From assembly GCA_038087875.1 (NCBI GenBank), contig CM075988.1:5580001-5644000 (forward strand): DNA of 64,000 nt. Direction: 5' to 3'. Shown piece after piece: positions 1 through 64,000 of the stretch. The position numbers and the translations under genes were made by a program. Numbering within the stretch: the first letter of the stretch is position 1; each line of letters starts with the position of its first letter. The DNA is from Malacoraja senta (taxonomy: Eukaryota). Below the pieces are notes generated by a model, which worked only from the letters and a program-made list of their open reading frames with translations, was not told the DNA's origin and made no database searches.

Positions 1-91
1 CTCTGTTCTTCGCTCAAAACTATTCTAAACTAAACCAATGTCTCACACAAAAATAGAGAATTTATGGCACTGAAGGAAGGTTTTTGGCTGA

Positions 92-398
92 TTTTAGATT
101 AGTTTTTAGTTTAGTTTAGAGATACAGCGTGGAAACAGGCCCTGCGGCCCACCGAGTCCGTGCCGACCAGCGATACCCGCACATTAACACTATCCTACAC
201 CCACTCGGGATAATTTTTACATTTACCAAGCCAATTAACCTACAAATCTGTACGTCTTTGGAGTGTGGGAGGAAACCGAAGATCTCGGCGAAAACCCACG
301 CAGGTCAAGGGGAGAACGTACAAACTCCGTAGTCGGGATCGAACCGGGGTCTCCGGCGCTGCATTCACTGTAAGGCAGCAACTCTACTGCTGCGCCAC
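92..398 (-). mobile_element. tRNA-derived V-SINE/HE1-like SINE
   Basis: Minus strand A box TGGCGCAGCAG, B box GGTTCGATCC, V-domain TTCCTCCCACACTCCAAAGAC, CR1-like 3' tail and (AAACT)n. Confidence 0.85.
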
Positions 399-1714
399 TC
401 CTGATAAAGAAGGAACACCCCACCTGCCAGCTGCAGATCCACAACTCTGAAGCCCACGCCTCTTCAAATACACACACACATAAAGCACTAGAGGTACAGC
501 AGTACATCATTCTATAGTATTGCAGCAAACCGTAATTAGTTATGGTACACTATGGCAACTCTATACATTACAGTATTGAATGGGGAAAGCCGAACTACTA
601 TGGCAACATCCCACACATCACTAAAATATTGCAACAGTCTGAGTTTAATTGTATGCTAAAATACTGCATCAAACAGTGATAATCTACAAAGCAAAATACT
701 GTATTATTGTGGGATATGAAGTAACACACTGATATGTGTCCGACCTAATGATGCTAACCTCACTAAAATATCAAGTTACATATAGCCTTAAAACATCAGG
801 GTAATGATGAATTACATAAAAATTAGCTGCTGTGTAATATTATAATACACCACTATGCACACTGAACAATCAAAGTGTACTATACCACCGTGCCACAGTG
901 CAATAAATGAAGCTTACCAAAACACTACGTCAGAGAGCATTTCATTAATACTGCACCATACTACAATAAAATGAATCGTACCAAAATATTGCAGGACGGG
1001 CAGTAAACTGTGGCCCACCGTGTCCGCGCCGACCAGCAATCACCCTGTACACTAACCCTATCCTGCACACTGGGGACAATTTTATCGAAGCCAATTAATT
1101 TACTGACCGGCATGTCTTTGGAGTGTGGGAGGAAACCAGAGCACCCGGAAAAAACCCGCGACAGGTCACAGGGAGAAGGTACAAACACCATACAGACAGG
1201 AGCCATAGTCAGGATTGAACCCGGGTCTCTGGCGCTGCAAGGGAGCGACTCTACTGATGCGCTGTTGTGCACTAAAACTTTCTAACTGCAGTGATGAACT
1301 ATTCTGCTCTGTGATGCTGTGATACACTGTAATAAAGTGAATGCAAACAACAGAATGGCTACACAGTGACGCGGCTGGTGGAACCGCTGCCTCACAGCGC
1401 CAGAGTGCCGGGTTGAATCCTGACCTCAGGTACTGTCTGTGTGGAGTTTGCACGTTCTCCTTTTGACCGCCTGGGTTTCGCCGGGCGCTCTGGTTTTTTC
1501 CCACATCCCAAAGACATGTCGGCTTCTAGAATAATTAATTTGATTCCTAGTGTGTGGGTGAGTGGTAGAATCTGGTGGGAATTGATCACAATATGGAGAG
1601 AATAAAGGTGGATTAGATTAATGTAGGGTCAGTGCAAATGGGTGGATGATGGTCAGTGTGGACTCGGAGGCCCCACGGGCCTGTTTTCGTGCTCTATCAG
1701 TCCGAGGCCTCCTT

Positions 1715-2020
1715 CATTGTCAGAGGGGGCCAAATACAAATTGGAGGAACAGCATCTCATATTTCGCTTGAGCAGCTTACAACACAGTGCTATGAATATT
1801 GATTTCAATAACCCTTGCATCCCCTCTCTCTCTATCCCTCCCCCGCCCAAGTCGTACCAGCTTGGTAAGTCTCGTTGTCTTGTTAAGTCTCATTGTAACT
1901 CGTTTTCACATAACACACAGCTAACAATGCCTTGTTTCCTTTATCATTGTTTTTTGCATATCTTTGTTCTATATCTCTCTACATCGCCGATTTAAACCAG
2001 CTTCTGTAGTTCTTTCCTAC
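1715..2020 (+). mobile_element. Penelope-like element 3' fragment
   Basis: KLEEQHLIFRLSSLQHSAMNIDFNN followed by the same UTR as the copy at 27961-28500. Confidence 0.7.
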
Positions 2021-2079
2021 ATCTATCCATCTATCTATCCATCTATCTATCCATCCATCCATCTATCTATCTATCTATC
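2021..2079. repeat. (ATCT/ATCC)n tetranucleotide microsatellite
   Basis: Read directly. Confidence 0.9.
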
Positions 2080-2242
2080 ATTGAATTTGCTAATGGGCAT
2101 GTTTTTGTGTGCTACAATTAATCCAGATATCCAAAATACATTGTGCAATGTCAGGAGCTTGTTAACCAAGATATTCTCATCTCCTTGAGACTAAAATACT
2201 GGCCAAAATTGGAAAACCTGAACAAAATAAATAGTTTCCCAA

Positions 2243-2387
2243 GGTAGACAAAAGTGCTGGAGAAACTCAGCGGGTGCGTCAACATCTATGGAGCGAAGGA
2301 GCTCCATACATGCTGCTGCACCCGCTGAGTTTCTCCAGCACTTTTGTCTATCTTCGATTTTCCCGCATCTGCAGTTCCTTCTTAAAC
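2243..2387. mobile_element. Penelope-derived foldback element, subfamily B
   Basis: Inverted arms; flanking duplication AAATA(G/A)TTTCCCAA. Confidence 0.7.
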
Positions 2388-4714
2388 AAATAATTTCCCA
2401 AACTGGAAATAAAACATATTGTAGGTTTGGATAAGTGGAAGATGGGATGCGAGCGTTTAGCATTTGTTGGAGTGAATTATTCGTCAGTAGTTTCCTTTAT
2501 CAAGTAGATACTGGTAGCATGGGGGGTGAAAGCAGGTATTGAGGGGGGTGGTTCTGGAACACCAGAACTAACTGTTGAGCCTTCCCGTGGTGTCGTGGGC
2601 CTAACTCAATGAAAAACCAGTGAAGGGAGATGCCCACTTGATAACCCCCACCAATGATATACTTGCATCTACACTATCAGTTTGTTTTAATGTGCTTGTT
2701 AACATGTAGGTAGCTGCTTATTGCATATGGAGTTATAGGCATATTGTCCTTATTATAAGTTGGTATAATCAGTTTCGATAGTACTTTGGCTTTGGGCTTG
2801 GTTTTCGTGCTTGGGCGCTTATCCTGATGTTGTAACACGTACTTTGTGTTTCAATAGTAATTTGTGCCACCCAATGATCAATGGAATCACAAAAGCATAC
2901 TGCGTCACGCTGGAATGAACTGAACTTTAAAATATTACTTCATCCTGTGAAGTAAAATTCTGGGCAGCGCAGTAATAAACCACAATAAATCACTGCCAAC
3001 TCCGTAATGAACTGTACAGTAAAATAACCTACCACCTAGTGGAATGTACCACCCAATAATCAACTGGACCTCAACAAAAATGTCCAACACTTTGTTAATC
3101 TGCCACACATTAAAATGCTGGAGCATACCAGTAACTGCAGCATTAAAAATATGTACTGCCCTGTGATTAATTGCTCACTAAAATAGAATCATGATGCCAT
3201 AAACTGACCTGGACTAAAATGTTCTTCAACACGGTTATAAAATATCATAGTAAAATTATTTTCCATAATGTAATAAACTTTAACAATCTAAATACTCGAA
3301 ACCACTATACTCACAGAAACACAAGAATGCTCTATCAAGCTGTGATAAGTCAAACCATACAAAAACATTGTACCACATTGTAATAAACGTCACTGGGCTC
3401 CAAAATAAGCAGCACTGAAATACTGTGCCGTGTTGTGTAATGTTGACCCACAGTAAAGTACTCATACCACACACTGTGGTAAAATTAGGAACCATAATAA
3501 AGATATGGTGCCGGTCCAGTTGACATCCACCTATGGATCCTTGTGGAGATGAGACTGGTACTGTGTGAGCACTTTGCCTGTATCTTTAATAGCTCACTGG
3601 AGCCTAGGATGGTTCCCTTAGACCAAAGGTGGCTAATGTCATTACAATACCGCAATAAAATGGATCTGCTAAAATACTAGTACACTTTTTGAAACCAAAC
3701 CACGATAAGTACTGGACCACATTTTCATAATTAATCTACAATAAGTATTGCAGAATAATGATGAACAGCTATATACTAAAATACCTTATTGCAGAGTCAT
3801 AATCTGCTGCATGTAAATGACTCGATTGTAATCATGTATTGTCTTTCCGCTGACTGGTTAGCACGCAACAAAAGCTTTTCACTGCACCTTGGTACATGTG
3901 ACAATAAACTAAACTAACTGAAAAATGTATCATATCCTAATATGTGATGTCACATCTGATGAGTTATACAGCACTAAAAATATTGTACCATAATGCAATA
4001 AATTGTAGTGCATTTAATGACAGCATCACAATGCAATAAACATGATATTTTCACATCACATAACTCACTACTAAAGCATAACTCACTGCCCCTTTACTTA
4101 TAGCACATTTACACAATATATTAAACTGAACCTCTTTAAAAATCTTTCATAGAGTATCAAGCTGCAATACACTATAGCATGGTATATACTCTATACTTAA
4201 ATACAACCCATAAATATCAAACAGACTAAAATACTGCAAAATAGTATAAACTTGGGGGATTCTAAAATACGGCACTTATCAACCTGTACCAAACTTAAAC
4301 CACCACTTATCATTAAATGTTTAAGAAGGAACTGCAGATGCTGGAAGGTAGACAAAAATGCTGGAGAAACTCAGCGGGTGAGGCAGCATCTATGGAGTGA
4401 AGGAAATAGGGGACGTTTCGGATCGAGACCCTTCCTCAGACTGATCATTAAATATTGTCTTTTATATTGAAGAAAAATTCTAAGATTCTGCACAGGAACA
4501 ATTAACAACAAAACTGACAGTGGAAATTTGGTTACAGAAATGGTTTTTGGGAACTTCTTAAAAAGAGGGAATGGAGGTTGAGGTACATAGAGTTGAGGTG
4601 CTTCAAAATATAGCTGGAGCAAAGAACATCAGAGGTCCACGAGAGCATGCAGAGCTTTTGGAGGGTGTTGAAGTTGGGTGGAGGCTTGAAGGGGTAAAGA
4701 AGTCATACAGTAAG

Positions 4715-5210
4715 CATGCCTTCATAGGTCAGGGCATGGCGTATAAGAGTCAGGATGTCATGACGGTGATTCATAGGACTTTGGTTAGGCCACGTTTGGA
4801 ATATTACCTGCATTTCTTGTCGCCCCATTACAGAAATGCTTTGGAAAATGTGCAGAGGGCGTTTACAGAATGATGTCTGGAGTTGGGGGTATTGGCTACA
4901 GGGAGAGATTGGACACATTTGAATTGATTTAACTGGAATGCCGGTGCTTGTGAGGAGACCTGATATAGAAAGTATTTAAAATTATGGGAGGCATAGATGG
5001 GTTTGACAGTCAGAAAGTTGTTCACAGGATGGAAAAACCAAATACCAGAGGGTATAGCTTAAGGTGTGAGGGGCAACGTTTAAAAGAGATGCACAGGGCA
5101 ACTTTTACACAGAGGGTGGTGAGTGCCTGGAACGCACTGCTAGGGTTGGTGGTGGAGGCAAATATGATAGTGGCATTTAAGAGCTTTTGGATGGGCACCT
5201 GGATATGCAG
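4715..5210 (+). mobile_element. Old CR1 LINE 3' fragment
   Basis: LVRPRLEY...LENVQRAFT...FTQRVVSAWNAL remnants. Confidence 0.75.
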
Positions 5211-5865
5211 CGATAGCTAAACCTATTAGAAAAAAATCTGTCACCATTTACAGCACATAACCATAGGACCCAGGTTAGGTAACCATCAAAAGAACCAGAG
5301 TGTAGATTCATAAGATCATTAGTGATAGCAGAATTAGGCCATTCGGCCCATCAAGTCTACTCCGCCATTCAATCATGGCTGATCTATCTTCCTCTCTCAA
5401 CTCCATTCTCCTGCCTTCTCCACATAACCCCAGACACCTGTATTAATCAAGCATCTATCTAACTCTGCCTAAAGAAAATCCACCTCATCTCCTTCTGAAA
5501 GGAACATCCTTTAATTCTGAGACTATGGCCTCTGTTCCTACTCTCCCACTAGTGGAAACACCTCTCCACATCCACTCTATCCAGGCATTTCATTATTCTG
5601 ATAGAAATTAAAATATAAAAAATGTAGATATAATTTTTGAAAGCAGTGATTCTTGTTAATCTGAACTGCAGATTATAAAAGAATAATGGATCTTGTTGTA
5701 ATTTTAAAAAGGAATAGTTTAATATATTTGAAAAGGATAAAAATTGGAGAGCTAACGGAAAGAGCACATGGAACAAATTAAGTACGTCATTCAAAGATCT
5801 AACACGGACATGATGAGCCATAATGTGGGAGGAAATCGAAGATCTCTGAGAAAACCCACGGGGAA

Positions 5866-6192
5866 GTTGGGGAAGTCCAGAACTAGGGGGTCACAGTTTA
5901 AGGATAAGAGGGAAGACTTTTAGGACCGAGATGAGGAAATCATTTTTCACACAGAGAGTGGTGAATCTGTGGAATTCTCTGCCACAGAAGGTAGTTGAGG
6001 CCAGTTCATTGGCTATATTTAAGAGGGAGTTAGATGTGGCCCTTGTGGCTAAAGGGATCAGGGGGTATGGAGAGAAGGCAGGGATGGGATACTGAGTTGG
6101 ATGATCAGCCATGATCATATCAAATGGCGGTGCAGGCTCGGGGCCGAATGGCCTACTCCTGCACCTATTTTCTATGTTTCTATGTTTCTATA
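5866..6192 (+). mobile_element. CR1 LINE 3' end with (TTTCTATG)n tail
   Basis: FFTQRVVNLWNSLPQKVVEA ORF end, GGGCCGAATGGCCT hairpin, repeat tail. Confidence 0.8.
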
Positions 6193-6230
6193 ATACCTAT
6201 CCTGTACTGCAGCATTCCATGTCATGGAAT

Positions 6231-6541
6231 GGGCGACACGGTGGTGCATCGGTAGAGATGCTGCCTTACAGCTCTTACAGCACCGGAGACCCAGGTTCGA
6301 TCCCGACTACAGGTGCTGTCTGTACAGAGCTTGTACCCCGTGACCCCGTGGGTTTTCTCAGAGATCTTCGATTTCCTCCCACACTCCAAAGACGTACACG
6401 TTTGTAGGTTAATTGACTTGGTATAAATGTCAATTGTCCCTAATATGTCTAGGGTAGCGCTAATGTGCGGGGATCGCTGGTCGGTGTGGAGTCTGTGGAC
6501 TGAAGGGCCTGTTTCAGCGCTGCATCTCTAAACTAAACTAA
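6231..6541 (+). mobile_element. V-SINE/HE1-like SINE
   Basis: A/B boxes, V-domain, CR1-type tail. Confidence 0.85.
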
Positions 6542-7046
6542 TATATTAAACTGTTTAAGAAAGAACTGCAGATGCTGGAAAAATCGAAGGTAGACAAAAA
6601 TGCTGGAGAAACTCAGCGGGTGAGGCAGCATCTTTAGACCAAAGAGTCTGAAGTAGGGTCTCGACCCGAAACGTCGCCTTTTCCTTCTCTCCGTAGATGC
6701 TACACTGCATCACATGGTAATATATTGCACTGAGGCTGCAATATTCTATTCTGTGCTGCATTACATGCTGCAAGGACTGGAGAAATTCAGAGAAATCTTT
6801 GAAACAAATGCCTTTTCAGTTTGCAAAACATTTTCCGGTTTGGCGTTATTAAACTTCCCCATAACCATATTCCAAAAATATTTTCGACATTACAAAGCGC
6901 ATCTAAAAACGGAATGGGAATTATTATTCCAAAATTATTTGTCCAAAATGTCCAGTGCTTTGGAATATTCTGCTGATTATTTTGACAGTAATAGCAAATA
7001 GGCCGGCCTGTGCCTTTTTAGACATGGAACAGTCTTTGCTCCAGTA

Positions 7047-7357
7047 GTTTAATTTAGTTTAGTTGAGAGATGCAGTGAGGAAACAGGCCCTTCAGCCCAT
7101 CGAGTTTGCGCAAACCAGCAGCGATCACCACACACACACTAACACTATGCAACACACACCAGGGACAATTTACGATTATACTGAGCCAATTAACCTACAA
7201 ACCTGTACGGTTTTGGAGTGTGGGAGGAAACCCAAGATCTCACGCAGGTCAACGGGAGAATGTATAAACTCTGTACAGACAGCACCCATAGTCAGGATCA
7301 AAACCAGGTCTTGGCGCTGTGAGGCAGCAACTCTACCGCTGTGCCACTATACCGCCC
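7047..7357 (-). mobile_element. V-SINE/HE1-like SINE
   Basis: Same family sequence. Confidence 0.8.
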
Positions 7358-7467
7358 AGTAATGAAATTACTAAATTGATTTTTTTACACATAATTCCAG
7401 TACACACAGCGTACAATCATGAATATTTTTGGTAACAGGAGTCTCTCTGATCGATTCAGAATCTTAC

Positions 7468-62367
<54,900 letters not shown>

Positions 62368-62900
62368 TTCACCCGGTTTTCTTCCCTTTTCCCCAAATCG
62401 GAACAATATGTCAAACATGACACAGCCAGGAGGTAATTACAGCCGCGGTTCTTTGTCGGGCAGGCGAGGTAACCGGATGAAAGATTGGCAATTCTGGGAA
62501 GTGAAGTCAGCCGTTTCAGAGGAAGCCGCTGAACCAATGATGGGGGGCTTATTACACATGTTTCTAAAGCAGGATATTTTGGCCGTCAAGATAAGGAAAG
62601 AGAAACAATAGCGATTTTCTCCTTTCCGTGTTTCAAACGAGCTTTCCTGTGGGGAAGCGTCGCTCAACATACACCGGGATCGATTGCTACCCCCCCTCAA
62701 TACACACACTCTCTCTCTCTCTCTCTCCTTCACACAAACCCTCCACTTAACCCTAAAGCTTGCAGGCTACCCCCCTTTTTTTTTAAACTTCAAAATAAAC
62801 GATCAACATTTTTTAAAATGTGCCACACACACAACCCGAGGAGAGTTTTCTGCAGCGCGTTTCCTGCTGCTTCTGACGGACAAGCGGGATTATTCACATT
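62368..62900 (-). promoter_or_regulatory. FLI1 5' UTR / proximal promoter, CpG-rich, with ETS, GATA and CCAAT motifs and a GA repeat
   Basis: Immediately upstream of the ATG and free of repeats. ACCGGATG 62472-62479, CCAAT 62534-62538, AGATAAGGAAA 62589-62599, TTTCCTGT 62643-62650, (CT)9 62709-62727. TSS not determinable from sequence. Confidence 0.6.
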
Positions 62901-63526
62901 TAAAAACAAAACTAACAACCACGAGGAACATCAACACCGCTAACAAGAACGGGCACAAAAAAAAGAAACCTAAAACTTATATTAAAAAGTGCCGATCAAT
63001 CTCCTTCACATGAATCGCAGCAACACCGGCAATCTTCTCTTTATACAAACCCTAGCTTTTTGAACATTTTCCGAAACAGTATAATTTAGAATGAAGAAGT
63101 TACCTGGTGAAACCTTTATACATTTAGGTGTATTTATGTGAAATCCCCCGTTATGGCTAGACTTTGTGCTCCTGTTATTTGAACGACTCCACAGGTCTCC
63201 AGTCTCCTTATTCCATTTTATTTCTCCCCCTCACTCTCTCTCCCCCTTCACTAAATTGGCGAGTTAAATCCACAGCGCCCTCCCCTCCCTCTGAAATTAT
63301 CCTCATCAATCCAGCCGGCCTTTGCGTGCAGCTGGAGTTCCCGACGAGGGGAGACTGCGGGCGAGTCGCGGTGTGCAAGTTGGTGGGGTGACTGTTCGGC
63401 CCATTGACAATTATCCGTCCTATATTTACATTCCTTCGATCAGTCATTGGAAACCCGGTTCCATGTCCGAGCCCCAATTAATCTCTCAGTTCAATGTGAA
63501 GGTGCGTGCAGCAAGGAACTGCAGAT

Positions 63527-63731
63527 TGTTAAAGAAGGAACTGCAGATGCTGGAAAATCGAAGGTACACAAAAATGCTGGAGAAACTCAGCGGGTGCAGC
63601 AGCATCTATGGAGCGAAGGAAATAGGCAACGTTTCGGGCCGAAACCCGGGTTTCGGCCCTAAACGTTGCCTATTTCCTTCGCTCCATAGATGCTGCTGCA
63701 CCCGCTGAGTTTCTCCAGCATTTTTGTGTAC
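63527..63731. mobile_element. Penelope-derived foldback element, subfamily B, inserted into another family member
   Basis: Near-perfect inverted arms centred at about 63647; TSD CAAGGAACTGCAGAT (63512-63526 / 63732-63746). Confidence 0.8.
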
Positions 63732-64000
63732 CAAGGAACTGCAGATGCTGCTCTAGACCGAAGAAAGGCACGAAATGCTGGAGTAACTCAACTGGTCAGG
63801 CAGCAGCACTGGGTAGAATGAATAGGTGACGTTTCGGGTCGAGACTCTTCTTCAGACACCTTCCTCAGTCTGAAGAAGGGTCTCCACCCTAAACGTCACC
63901 CACTCCTTCTCTCCAGAGATGCTGCCTCTCCCGCTAAATTACTCCAGCGTTTTGTGAAGGAGCCTAAAATCCGGACGGGTACCTGTGTTCTTGAATTCTT

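Larger units (their letters stand above)
440..4320. repeat. Highly decayed ~36-bp tandem array, interrupted by TEs (about 440-1000, 1265-1350, 2880-4320)
   Basis: Recurrent CTAAAATAC/T and GCAATAAA words with ~35-38 bp spacing (e.g. 621, 656, 692; 3178, 3213, 3250, 3288). Confidence 0.45.

Noticed and set aside
129..450. Recurring short ORFs with NLQTCTSLECGRKP / RQQLYRC motifs as a peptide gene family
   Set aside because: They are translations of V-SINE copies, with inconsistent frames, starts and stops.
440..4320. CRISPR-like array suggested by ~36-bp periodicity
   Set aside because: Vertebrate intron, no invariant repeat with unique spacers, no cas genes; better explained as a decayed minisatellite.
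6231..6320. tRNA genes at A-box/B-box sequences
   Set aside because: They are the tRNA-derived heads of SINEs, each followed by V-domain and LINE tail; no complete cloverleaf.
1..7467. Absence of the ETS DNA-binding exon as a sign of a truncated or pseudogenised FLI1
   Set aside because: Exons 1-8 are intact, and the gene runs toward the left edge. The simplest explanation is that exon 9 lies beyond position 1.

Overview
Eukaryotic, repeat-rich genomic DNA, most likely from a cartilaginous fish (skate/ray-like; inferred from the SINE/LINE repertoire). The window holds most of a FLI1 (ETS-family transcription factor) gene on the minus strand. Eight coding exons (62367 down to 7468) have GT-AG junctions and join into an open 823-nt frame (MDGTIT...PNT domain...DPYQILGPTSSRLANP). 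The final ETS-domain exon was not found and should lie left of position 1. The introns are filled with tRNA-derived V-SINE/HE1-like SINEs, CR1, Rex1/Babar, L2 and RTE fragments, small DNA-transposon derivatives and one young 5'-truncated L1 with an intact 796-codon RT frame. The most striking non-genic signal is a high-copy Penelope-derived short element. It carries a minimal hammerhead-ribozyme core (CUGAAGA-A-stem II-GAAAC-GUH), inserts as a foldback inverted dimer with long target-site duplications, and occurs dozens of times in both orientations inside the FLI1 pre-mRNA. Candidate FLI1 regulatory elements (promoter GATA/ETS site plus GA repeat, intron-1 ETS/GATA/AP-1 cluster, intron-5 SOX/FOX and FOX:ETS clusters) and an altered upstream-ATG/uORF arrangement are also noted. 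Everything was read by eye; repeat boundaries are approximate.
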